A stretch of 62,885 nucleotides of DNA, the filler included, from Stramenopiles sp. TOSAG23-2 (taxonomy: Eukaryota), in NCBI GenBank assembly GCA_900128395.1. It is 45 parts of 45 records of this genome, joined end to end, with 100 filler letters (N's around TTAATTAATTAA, not from the genome) between each part and the next. Parts side by side here need not be neighbours in the genome. Positions count along the whole stretch, not along the records: positions 50,450 to 51,743 come from LT653242.1; positions 51,844 to 53,137 come from LT653243.1; positions 53,238 to 54,531 come from LT653244.1; positions 54,632 to 55,924 come from LT653245.1; positions 56,025 to 57,317 come from LT653246.1; positions 57,418 to 58,710 come from LT653247.1; positions 58,811 to 60,102 come from LT653248.1; positions 60,203 to 61,494 come from LT653249.1; 37 more parts are not named here. The stretch is one strand, 5' to 3'. Below are positions 50,450-61,494 of this stretch, piece by piece (positions within the stretch are counted from its first letter, which is position 1; every line of letters begins with the position of its first letter). The translations under genes were made by a program, and so were the position numbers. The notes under the pieces were generated by a model. It searched no databases. It was not told the origin of the DNA and saw only the letters and a list, made by a program, of their open reading frames with translations.

Positions 50450-51743
50450 GAGATTTCTAAAAAAAAAAAAGATTTTGGATTGATACTAATAAAAACATCT
50501 TCAAACAATGTTGATTCAAAATATCCAGCAAATCCATGACATATTGTATTTACAGTTGCTTTGAAGACGAGCTTTTTAAAACGCCTATTATCTATAACTT
50601 CATTATCCCAATTAGGATGTACAAATGTGAAGCATTTTTTTGCATCTGCTATTTCAAAGAAATCATGCAGTCGTACAACATATGGTATCTCTAAATGTTT
50701 ACCATTATCTTTATATTTGTTTCCTTCGTTCCAAAGTTTATTCGTAGTAATTGGTGAAAGAAATGACGTAGAGTCGCACGGAATACTGATACCATCCGGT
50801 TTTTTCAAAAACTTTTGTGCGCCATCTAAGCATTCTGGAGACAATTCGTTATCCCCAAATGATCCAAGTAATTCTGAGACGAGTATATCTGCTTTATGCT
50901 CCGGTTTATATAATCTCATATCGGATGCAATGACTTTCACATTACTATGTTTCGCAAATTTTGCTCGTAATGTAACAACTGCATTCGGATTTTTTTCTAC
51001 TGCCACAATATTCAAATTGGTAATACCACTTATCTTTGCTGCATTTAAAGCGCACGTGACTAATGGACCACGACCTGCACCTACAACCATCAATGTGAGA
51101 GGGTCATCGACAGTATTAGTCGTTGCATAACTGCTTAATTTATATTGAAAACAACGAGAAATTGCTTCTTCATATTCTCTGTATTTAACAGGGCATTGTT
51201 CAAATACATTATACGTCGCACTTTCAAGATTATGAAACAATGGTTGCAACGGTTCTTGTAAATAATCGTAATATGGACGTTCGTTTATTTCTTGAAACGT
51301 CTCCGGTGGCATTTGATCTTTTAAATATCTTAAATATTGCAGATATGGAAGTATGCCAAGCTTATGTTTTGCTCTACCAGTTAAAATAAATTGAACATTA
51401 TGTTGTAATAATTCTTTTATATAAATTTGATGTAATTTCGGCAACACAGGATAACCTTGCTCATTAGGTAAAAATGCATCAACATGTATTAATGCTGCCT
51501 TGACAGGCTCACCAAACCAACGTTTTAGTAATAATGGATTTGATGGAACGCTTTTGCCAATAAAAAGACAAACACTTAGGGATGGTATAAAACTGCATAG
51601 TGAACGAACACGATTCCATATGCTCCATGCATTGTCATCGCTGCTATTTTTCTCCTCCTCATCATCATTCAGATCATCATGAAACTCTCTATCTTTATCC
51701 ATTTTTGTAACCTGATCATTTGATGGTCCTTCAAGTGGTACAG
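50450..51743 (-). CDS. PRMT5: Protein arginine N-methyltransferase 5; partial
   Basis: RWFGEPV, GYPVL, DYLQEPLQPL..NLES.TY..FE, VVGAGRGPLV, AVEKNPNA, SDMR, DILVSELLGSFGDNELSPECL, HGFAGYF. Confidence 0.96.
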
Positions 51744-52330
51744 NNNNNNNNNNNNNNNNNNNNNNNNNNNNNNNNNNNNNNNNNNNNTTAATTAATTAAN
51801 NNNNNNNNNNNNNNNNNNNNNNNNNNNNNNNNNNNNNNNNNNNAAAATCAAAATGTTTCATTCCAAATATATTCTCTTTCATACAGGGGTGTAATAAATA
51901 TATATATTTTATTATATATTATTGAATACAATCAGATAACGGTTTTGGTTGTTGGGTTTTGATGATGGAGAAGAATTGCGATAATGCTAGAGTATAGGAT
52001 GGACACAGCACTATTTAATACTTAACATCATATTTCCACACTATCATAGGGAGAATTGGGAATGGCAAGTACAATATTTACGTGCTTTTCATATCCAAAA
52101 TTTATACTTAGCCTTAATTTTAGTTGTTATATTTTCCATTTTTATTATGGAAAAATTATCTACAGTAGTCTGGTAGTATATAAGTATTTGGCAACGTGCT
52201 TTGCACATTTTTTTCGAATTTATTAATTTTCAAAAATACTATATACTAGTATATCTGGGATGTGTATTTATAATTCCGTAGTGGTGATATGCAAACGACA
52301 AAAGAAGGAAAAAGAACAAGTACCCAAGAT

Positions 52331-52429
52331 ATGACAATCGTTGTTCGTAAATATGAAAAAAATTCAGATAGGGAGGAAGTATTGAAAATATTTCGTGATG
52401 GTATGATATCAACAATGACAAGTAAATAA
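52331..52429 (+). pseudogene. NAT8-like GNAT N-terminal fragment
   Basis: MTIVVRKYEKNSDREEVLKIFRDGM matches the IR.Y..SD...V..LF..GM start of NAT8-family enzymes. Confidence 0.5.
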
Positions 52430-52504
52430 ATATTATTTAATAATATGGAAATAAATGTGTTTTAGAGTGTAACTAATACGAACGTCGTATTAAATATAAG
52501 TGTA

Positions 52505-53137
52505 TTACAACTCTAATTTAAAATATTTGATACTTAACAATCCATTCCAATTGATGATTTTTTCTATTTCAAAATTATACGAATCACTATACATTTTGCA
52601 TGCAACTTTTTGTAACTCGGATGTAGAAAGTACAATTCGTTTGTATTTTTTTTGTTGACAAAATTTTTTTAAATTCAAAAACAATTGACGAGATATACCT
52701 TTACCTCTACATGTTTTTTTAACACTCATTCTTCTTAATTCCCCATCTCCTACTTTCCACCCTTCCTTATTTCCTTCTTTTATTTCATCCAAAGCAATAG
52801 TTCCTACTACTTCTGTGCCTATACATGCCACCCAAAACATACTACGTTTATTTTCAGTTTGTAGATAATATTTTTCAATATTTTTCAAATCTTTTTCAGT
52901 AATAGATTCAACAACATATCCATCTGCAATTTTATATGATAGAAATGATATTGCAATATATGGTAATACAGAGGAAGCGAGAATATAACATATCCAATAT
53001 AATATATTGTTATTATTTGAATTCATACCATTTTCATCATCATAAATCGTATCCTTCGGCGATATTGTTAAAGAAGATGAATATACTATATAGTTATAAT
53101 AAAAAAAGATAGATGAAATTAGACAAAAATAGGCCAT
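52505..53137 (-). CDS. NAT8/camello-like membrane GNAT acetyltransferase; 5' partial
   Basis: TM region, DLKNIEKYY, FWVA..EVVGTIAL, ELRRMSV..CRGKGIS, IVLSTSELQKVA. Confidence 0.85.
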   Translation of the reverse strand: MAYFCLISSIFFYYNYIVYSSSLTISPKDTIYDDENGMNSNNNNILYWICYILASSVLPYIAISFLSYKIADGYVVESITEKDLKNIEKYYLQTENKRSMFWVACIGTEVVGTIALDEIKEGNKEGWKVGDGELRRMSVKKTCRGKGISRQLFLNLKKFCQQKKYKRIVLSTSELQKVACKMYSDSYNFEIEKIINWNGLLSIKYFKLEL

Positions 53138-53340
53138 NNNNNNNNNNNNNNNNNNNNNNNNNNNNNNNNNNNNNNNNNNNNTTAATTAATTAANNNNNNN
53201 NNNNNNNNNNNNNNNNNNNNNNNNNNNNNNNNNNNNNTTTTAAACTTTCAACTTTTAACACAATTGAAGTTTAATCACAAAGCTGGCACATTTACTCTCT
53301 TTCGTCTCTTTTTAATAAATTCGTTTCTCTTAAATTTGAT

Positions 53341-54531
53341 TTATATACGATACCATTCGCCGTTATCCCTCCTTCTCCATCTCCTTCCCTGATAGACATA
53401 TCCACCATTATCTACAGGGAGACCATTTGGATATGGTAAATCATCTTGTCTACCCTGCCTTAAAAATCCATAGTTGTTTTGTGCTTGGCCTGGTAGTGGT
53501 GGTTCAAATCTAGGTTGGTGTTGGGGTGGTCCTAACCTTCCATGTGGAGCTGGTGCTCGTCTTCTTCGCGTTATTCGCCATGGTGCAACTGGTTGTAGTG
53601 CTGGTGGGTATATTTGAATCCATTGCGCATCAAATCCGCCTTCATCATTTGCAACAGGTTGAAAATTTCCATGATTTTGTCCCTCAAACCATTGACATCA
53701 AACCTGTTTCCATTTACTTGAATAAATAATCTGGAATTATAAAAGTCTTCCATATATTCTGCTACCAATACATTGTTATTAATATTGAAAGATTACTGTT
53801 GGAACTACTACAGTATTTTGGGTAACAGTAGTAGTTGTAGCTTGTGCTGGCATTTGCATTTGAGGACTTTGACTGACACGTAGATGATTACGGATTCTAT
53901 TTGGCATAGTAGTACCATCTTGCTGCCACCTAATGGTATAAGTTTTACCATCTGAACTCATAGCTGTTATAAAAGCTACCCCCCACTCAGATCTGCCATT
54001 ATTAAGCCAAGTTGCATCAACCTGAGTTCCAATTGGATAGGTTAGCATTTTTTGGTCCAATTGTCTTGGACGTAGATGAATTCGGTTAACATTAGGAGTT
54101 CTGGTTTTATCATCCCAGAGAAGATTGTAGGTACCATTTGTATTATCTTGTTCAATCCAAGCTGGATGCCACTCAACTTGACCATTATTATTCCATCTTG
54201 CATCAACTTGCGTATTTATTGTATATGTTGAAAGATTTCCTACTACTAATTGATCCCAAACAGCAGGCTGAGGTGCATTTACTGCTCTACGAATGGCATT
54301 CATATCGAAATGTTCCCTCCATATATCATACTCCCCTCGATTAGCAGCAATTTCATCAATAATTTCACGTTGAACATTTTCATTTTCTTCTTGTTGTAAT
54401 AAATGAATTATTTCACGTTGAACACGTGGTGCATTTACTCTTGGCGCAATGTGCCTTGCATGATAATCCCCATGCACTTGTAAACAATGAGCATGTGCAT
54501 CACCGCCAACCCCAGCATCAAAAGCACATAT
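53341..54531 (-). CDS. Multi-Tudor/Agenet-like domain protein with upstream HxxC zinc-finger remnant; third domain broken by two frameshifts (about 53790 and 53690)
   Basis: YTINTQVDARW..WHPAWI...TYNLLWDD and YPIGTQVDATW..WGVAFI...TYTIRWQQDG; third copy FNINNNVLVAEY..FY..I...RFDV/WFE; Pro/Arg-rich tail to TAA at 53341. Confidence 0.6.
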
Positions 54532-54631
54532 NNNNNNNNNNNNNNNNNNNNNNNNNNNNNNNNNNNNNNNNNNNNTTAATTAATTAANNNNNNNNNNNNN
54601 NNNNNNNNNNNNNNNNNNNNNNNNNNNNNNN

Positions 54632-54974
54632 ACATTTCCACGTAGTTAAATATTTAATTGAACAAGGTGAAGCTGATCCTAATATTGCACGTAGTGATGG
54701 ATTTAATGCATTACATTTAGCAGCAGGTAATAACAGAACAAATACTGAGTTGATTGAATTGTTATTAAATCATTTGACAATTGATAGTATTAATAAGATT
54801 ATTAATAACAGGGTGGGATCCACTCCCCTGGACTGGGCATATTATCATAATAGTAGTCCAATTCGCCAAGAGATCATTGCACTTTTACGTTCAAAAGGTG
54901 GAAAAGCAAATAATTATGATGAAAATGGTAGATATGTAGTATGTAGGAGAAGGTAATGGTGATTTAAATCATTA
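54632..54974 (+). CDS. Ankyrin-repeat protein C-terminus (paralogue of 14073/14743); 5' partial
   Basis: HFHVVKYLIEQGEADPNI, GFNALHLAA, GSTPLDWAY..SPIRQEIIALLRSKGGKAN; a 7-nt TATGTAG duplication shifts the tail GEGNGDLNH*. Confidence 0.8.
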
Positions 54975-55214
54975 AAACAGAAAGAGAGATAATATAAGAG
55001 TGGTGTGTGTAAATGTGTTCGCATTTCATGCATGTTGCTTGTACATTTAGTTTAAGAAAATATTATTAAAACACATATATATATATATTATGTTTTACAT
55101 TCTGTACATGTTTTATCACCCTCTCTGACTCTTTTTCAATCTTCTACACTCACTCTCAGGAAGAAAAGGAAGAAGAAGAGAATTAAAAAAAAAATATATT
55201 TTTGGGGAATTTTA

Positions 55215-55924
55215 TCACACATCAACCTTGTTCTCAATTTCCAGTTTTAATCTCTTCAAAAGTGTTTCAATTTCCATCGCAGTTGGTCGTTTTGATTGAT
55301 CGTCATGCCAACCATTAATGAATAAACTTTTTAATTCTTTATAAATTATATTACCATTTACTGTTTGTTCCATTTCTCCCTCTCCCTCTACTACTATGTC
55401 CTCTACTGGTTCCAACAATGGCCGTAAACCATCTTTAATTTGTTCAGATATATCTGAGATATTATCAATATAATCAAATGGTTGCATTCCAGGGTTTAAT
55501 ATTTCCCAAAACACTATGATTAAAGAAAATACATCACTTTTTTCTGTGTGCACTTCTCCACGCAATACTTCTGGTGCAGCCCAAAGCAAACTAAATTCAG
55601 ATTCTTTTTCATTATCATTAGTATCCATTATGCTTTCTCCAGCTAATCCTAAATCAGCTAATTTTATTACACGATTTCTTGACATTTTGTCTTTAAAACA
55701 ATTTAATGGTATACTACTACTACTTGCTTCTCCTTGATGTCGTTCAAAAGTTATAGTTGTAGAAAATATATCATCATTATTATTAGTTACAGATGTGTGA
55801 TCATATTGGAATATTCCATTTTCTTGTTTTGACGTTATATGAAAATTGGAAAAACTTTTTGTACGGTTGTTATTTTGATAGCTTGTATTTCTTCTTTGTT
55901 GGATATTTTCACCTGATGATATCG
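55215..55924 (-). CDS. Tyrosine-kinase-like protein kinase C-lobe; 5' partial
   Basis: IKLADLGLA, LLWAAPEVLRG, TEKSDVFSL..FWEI, GLRP, GWHDDQSKRPT. Confidence 0.88.
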
Positions 55925-56635
55925 NNNNNNNNNNNNNNNNNNNNNNNNNNNNNNNNNNNNNNNNNNNNTTAATTAATTAANNNNNNNNNNNNNNNNNNNN
56001 NNNNNNNNNNNNNNNNNNNNNNNNCCAGGGTCATTCAAAATAACACTAGTATTCATTGTCAAAGATGCCATAGTTATAAATAAGTTATGATAAGCAAAGG
56101 GGGTAGTTGCTTTTGTTACAATAGTTAATGTAATTATTAGAAATCGTTGGATGTAAGTGTTACTTTCAGGACACGCATAAATATAACTTTGTGCGATATA
56201 GTATAAATATTAACCTTAGTTGAAATTTTACATCATTTATTCATTATTCATTATAGCAAAAAAAGTTAAGTCCTCATAACAAGTAAATAATCAACAAGTC
56301 GTCAAGTGCATCAATAACCTAAAGTCGTCAAAAATTAGTTCTGCAATAAGTGGTGTTTACGTACTTGTTAGTGTAAGGGGTTGGCTTTCGGTATAAAATA
56401 TCATCCCTTAAAACCTCAAATAGGATGGAATAGCATTGTCGATATTCATATCTTGATGGTTCAGTCCATCTTCTTTATTATCATCTTATAACCGGTATCC
56501 ACACATATATAAATGCATGCCTTGCATGGTGCCGTGATGGGCTATGAGAGAAAGAAAGATATGGAATCGATAAGAAATATTGTATTATATGATACTAGTA
56601 AAGAGCAGGATTAGATCATTTACAATTATTAAACA

Positions 56636-57238
56636 ATGGACACGGCATTGACATTCGTTGCAGGCGCTGCGTTGGCAGTATATTTCGTTGCAAAAAACAG
56701 GACAACAACTACATCATCAAATGAAGAAAAAAAAGCAAAAAGAAATAATATCAAAGGATTGGAAAAAAAAGTATTAAGTGGTGCGAATTATCGTATTGGT
56801 ATCATTAAAGCTCGATGGAACTCAGATATTACCGATTCACTTTCCAATGGATGCAGACAAGCATTGTATGATTGTGGTGTAAAAGAAGAAAATATTATTG
56901 AACTACAAGTACCTGGTAGCTATGAATTAGTTAGTGCAACCAAAACGTTGCTTGATTCCGGTAAAGTCGATGGTGTTGTGCCAATTGGTACTTTGATAAA
57001 AGGTGAAACAATGCATTTTGAATATATTTGCGAATCAGTTTCATCTGGCTTAATGCAATTAAATTTGGATCAAAAGTACTCAAAACAAGTAGTGTTGTTT
57101 GGTGTATTAACATGTTTAACTGAAAACCAAGCTATTGTACGCTCTGGTTTAATTAAAGGTGGACATAATCATGGATCTGATTGGGGTTATGGTGTAGTCG
57201 AAATGTTAAATTATCAAGATCAAGTTAAAAGTTTGTAA
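56636..57238 (+). CDS. ribH: 6,7-dimethyl-8-ribityllumazine synthase with N-terminal hydrophobic extension
   Basis: RIGIIKARWN, VPGSYEL, IGTLIKGETMHFEYI, FGVLTC, HNHGSDWG. Confidence 0.95.
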   Translation: MDTALTFVAGAALAVYFVAKNRTTTTSSNEEKKAKRNNIKGLEKKVLSGANYRIGIIKARWNSDITDSLSNGCRQALYDCGVKEENIIELQVPGSYELVSATKTLLDSGKVDGVVPIGTLIKGETMHFEYICESVSSGLMQLNLDQKYSKQVVLFGVLTCLTENQAIVRSGLIKGGHNHGSDWGYGVVEMLNYQDQVKSL

Positions 57239-57625
57239 AAACACCACCATTATTATATTTGAAATAATATCTTTGCGAGATATACGATATATGGTTATAC
57301 GAGACGAGAGATTTGATNNNNNNNNNNNNNNNNNNNNNNNNNNNNNNNNNNNNNNNNNNNNTTAATTAATTAANNNNNNNNNNNNNNNNNNNNNNNNNNN
57401 NNNNNNNNNNNNNNNNNTCACAAAAGAACACATTATTTTATGTACTTTTCCTCTCTCGTATGAACCTCTTTTTACCTCTCGTGGTACAAAAAACATTACG
57501 AAATATAAATATACATATCATGCTTTCGTATAATAACAATTTCTATATTATATACATTTGCGTGCGTATACATGTACAAAACCACATACACACACACACA
57601 CTTTTACTTTATACAAAATTGCTTT

Positions 57626-58027
57626 TTAATAATCATTTGAAAAAAATGCATCATTTCTTTGCGAAATTTGTACTACAGGAGGATGGGTCGAGCGCTGTCT
57701 ATATGGTGATTGGTATGCATATTCTTTTTTCTTGTCTTGATTTTTTTCTTTAGATGGACTTAAATTTTGTTGTTTATATGGACTGATGTAGTTGTTTGTT
57801 TGTGGTTGTCTTTCAGGCGATCTTTTTTTTACAGCATCTTTTGTTGCAGTTGATAACAATCTTACAGATTTCATAAAGCCTGTCATTGTTTTCTGCAAAC
57901 TTAATAATTGTTCGTCTCTTTGTTTTAATTTTTTCGCAACTTGACGATTTACTTGAACCATAAGTTCTTCAATTTCGTCTTCCGTCAATGAAACATCATT
58001 TTCATCTTCTTCTTCATATGTAGACAT
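57626..58027 (-). CDS. Small coiled-coil hypothetical protein
   Basis: Complete 133-aa ATG ORF. Confidence 0.5.
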   Translation of the reverse strand: MSTYEEEDENDVSLTEDEIEELMVQVNRQVAKKLKQRDEQLLSLQKTMTGFMKSVRLLSTATKDAVKKRSPERQPQTNNYISPYKQQNLSPSKEKNQDKKKEYAYQSPYRQRSTHPPVVQISQRNDAFFSNDY

Positions 58028-58228
58028 TGTTGTAAATAACGGTATGATGATTCGTTAAAAGTTTTATTGAAACGATATATGTTGTGAGTGTCGTTGTATG
58101 ATAATTCTTTGTATAATTATAAATATACTGTTAATATGTATTTGTGTTCGCCTGGTTCGGTATTATTATTCGGTAGTAGTACTTTTTTTTTTTTTTTGGT
58201 AACGTTCCAGTTCCTAATTTGTTGTGTA

Positions 58229-58448
58229 AGCGTGGTAAGTAAAGCTTCTATAGTCTGATGAATATAAGTTGCCTATTAATATTAATATTTATTGCAGACG
58301 GCAGACGTGCATAATAACTAAAACTTTAAAGTCAAAGTAGCGTGGTAAGTAAAGCTTCTATAGTCTGATGAATATAAGTTGCCTATTAATATTAATATTT
58401 ATTGCAGACGGCAGACGTGCATAATAACTAAAACTTTAAAGTCAAAGT
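58229..58448 (+). repeat. Tandem duplication, 2 x 110 bp, non-coding
   Basis: 58229-58338 is identical to 58339-58448. Confidence 0.9.
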
Positions 58449-58810
58449 TGCAACAAATTATAGTGTGCGTGTTTTAAGTTTATAAGACTTCAGACTTTTT
58501 AGAATTTAGAAACCACCTCTTCTAGTAAAAACACTGTGGTACATCTAGTAAAACAGTAAAATTAACACGGAGGTAGCATTAGCATTGAATTTATTCTAAT
58601 GGTACGCAGTGCTAATGTAGTAAACGAAAAAGATATATATATTTACTTTTACTTTTATACAAAAAAATAATTGATATAGAAGAAGGAAACATGTAGAAGA
58701 TGGACATATTNNNNNNNNNNNNNNNNNNNNNNNNNNNNNNNNNNNNNNNNNNNNTTAATTAATTAANNNNNNNNNNNNNNNNNNNNNNNNNNNNNNNNNN
58801 NNNNNNNNNN

Positions 58811-60102
58811 AAAAAAAGAACACCCGGTACCGGTGGCATTACAGAAGTAAATAAAAAAAGAACACCCGGTACCGGTGGCATTACAGAAGTAAAGAAACAA
58901 AGAGAATACGGTACCGGTGGCATTACAGAAAAGGGTGGGAAATATTTAGCAAAATTAAAAGGTAAATATGTTGGCTCATACCAGACCTATGCAGCCGCGG
59001 ACGAAGCACTTGCCAAGGCAGCAGCATTTTCCTCCGCACTAGCTGATGACAACATTGCCATTCCAACTAAAAGCTATCGAGAAGAACAAAATGCATTGGA
59101 AATCAATAGCCCCCCTGATAATGACCAAAAACCTGCAACTAGACTAAATCAGTCCGTTGTATATTGTAGCTCTTGCTGTAGTTATATCCATACAAATTGC
59201 TGCAATGAAAGTTATTTAAAGCAGTATTGTAGTATTAAAGGCCACGTTGATGTCAAATTTATCAATCGTGATACAGAACAAACTAATGAATCTAACGAAT
59301 CACTACGTGTTATTATATGCAAACCTTGTATGGTTGAAAACTATGAAACGTGTTTAAAGCATCTTCGTAAATGCGATTTGCATTCATATTTCACATTGAA
59401 TGTCACAAGGGATATTGCCCCGACATATTNNNNNNNNNNNNNNNNNNNNNNNNNNNNNNTATTTTGATGTTATTAAAAAGCCAATGAGTCTAAGTATGAT
59501 GGCAGATAAATTAGAATCGAAACGGGAATGGTATGCATTGATTACTGAATTCATTTATGATTTTGAATTAATATGTTGCAATGCCTTTCGATTCAACGTC
59601 CCGCATACGAAGTTGTGGAACCTTGCATGGAAATTCTACGAAGACGGGCATAGAATTATAAAAGAACATATTTTTTTCGCCTTTCATGGAATACTAAATG
59701 AAGAGTATGTATATAAAATTATGGAAGGCACAGATGTCTATGTGCATATACATACTAAAATAGAAAAACCACGTTTATTTTCGGAAAAAGAACGACTCCG
59801 ACGCCAAGTGAGGGAAGAAAAAGAAAAAAAAGAACAAGTAGAATTATTGAAGGAAACCGAAAACCCATGGATATTAAAACTTTCCCGTGAATCTATTATT
59901 ACGCCTTACACTCCATATACACATGTGAAATACCAAACTTATAAAGAAGCGATCAATTTGGCATGGACAGATATGTGTGCCCTATGTGGTAGTGGTGGTT
60001 CACATGAAAAAGATAAAATGATTTTCTGCGCTGATTGCGGCGAGTGTTTTCATCATTATTGTGCCTCATCTAATAGTGGCATTCATTTGTCCTTGGAACA
60101 TT
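58811..60102 (+). CDS. Chromatin protein fragment: AP2/integrase-type DNA-binding motif, partial PHD, bromodomain, PHD
   Basis: REYGTGGITEKGGKYLAKLKGKYVGSYQTYAAADEAL; CSSC..IHTNC..CKPC; IAPTY/FDVIKKPMSL..DFELICCNAFRFN; CALCGSGG..MIFCADCGECFHHYC; the 30-N gap is flanked by an overlapping TATT. Confidence 0.75.
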
Positions 60103-60461
60103 NNNNNNNNNNNNNNNNNNNNNNNNNNNNNNNNNNNNNNNNNNNNTTAATTAATTAANNNNNNNNNNNNNNNNNNNNNNNNNNNNNNNNNNNNNNNNNN
60201 NNAGGGAAATATACCATATAAGCATAGATAATGGTACTCTAAAGAAACCCTGTGGCCGTTAAGTATAAACTTTCAGTATATAGTCTTCGTAATAGATTTG
60301 CTTTATAGTCTTCAAGAAATTCTTATATCTATTATAGTTGCTATATCTTTTTATTGGGATAATCTTTAATATTATGGCAAATTTTTGACACCCTGAAACC
60401 TCCACGCTATTCACATGCTTTAGTAAACCAGGAAAAAAATTGACTGGGGTGCACTGGGCCA

Positions 60462-60844
60462 GCCCAGTCAATTTTTTTCACAGGACGATACTTTAGCATG
60501 GGAATAGCATGGATGTCCAAAATATCGCATGAAAAAGTATCGTCCTGCCAAATGTTCCAATTTTATGGCACAAATGAAATATACTATAAAAATATCCGTA
60601 AAATATTAAATATAACAAATTATCATTAACCTTATAAAAACTTATAAATACTATCATTATTTCCATATTAATATTTTCAGATTCCCAAAATTTATAACAA
60701 TTTTATCGAACTATAAATCTCATTTTTTCATCTTTTATCTAGCATAGACACAGCATCACAGGACGATACTTTTTCATGCGATATTTTGGACCTCCATTCT
60801 ATTCCCATGCTAAAGTATCGTCCTGTGAAAAAAATTGACTGGGC
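60462..60844. mobile_element. MITE-like element: 86-bp inverted repeats (2 mismatches) around an AT-rich 211-bp core
   Basis: 60462-60547 is the reverse complement of 60759-60844; each arm has an internal 14-bp IR CAGGACGATACTTT...AAAGTATCGTCCTG. Confidence 0.5.
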
Positions 60845-61494
60845 CAGCTGGGGGGGATATAGTATACTCTGGACACCAGAGATTTTCCTTGCCAGTAGGA
60901 AAACTATTATAGGTTAAGGTGTAGTAGTTACTTCTGGCAAGCGCAGAGTCTTCCCGTAGTATTATATATTATGCATATCATCTGCAGATTTGGATCTTGT
61001 ATGTAAGTTTTTTCATTGCGTTCAGTGTATATGTTAAAGTGGATCTCCTATAATTTCTTTCCTCCTTAACAACTTTTTTTACCTGGATCGTACACGTTAC
61101 TTTTTTTATAAGGAACATCAAACGCTGGTATATAGATCAACATATGTATATCAACATATAATTGATAAAAAAGATTTATCACATCTATAATAATCTACAG
61201 TTTTTATTTTCAGGTTTTTTAAAAAATATGGCATCAACAACGGCAAAATCATTTCTATCATTCTTTGCCAGTAAAATCGTAAAAAATCTACCGATTATCG
61301 GTCAAATAGCTAAAGCATTTACAGAAGTAACTACTACACCTTAACCTATAATAGTTTTCCTACTGGCAAGGAAAATCTCTGGTGTCCAGAGTATACTATA
61401 TCCCCCCCAGCTGGCCCAGTCAATTTTTTTCACAGGACGATACTTTAGCATGGGAATAGAATGGAGGTCCAAAATATCGCATGAAAAAGTATCG
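60764..61494. repeat. 173-bp perfect inverted repeat (60764-60936 / 61322-61494), running to the contig end
   Basis: Direct reverse-complement comparison. Confidence 0.9.

Noticed and set aside
51930-52240. Degenerate membrane-protein-like text (HHISTL) on the + strand
   Set aside because: Multiple stops and no consistent frame; a family cannot be supported
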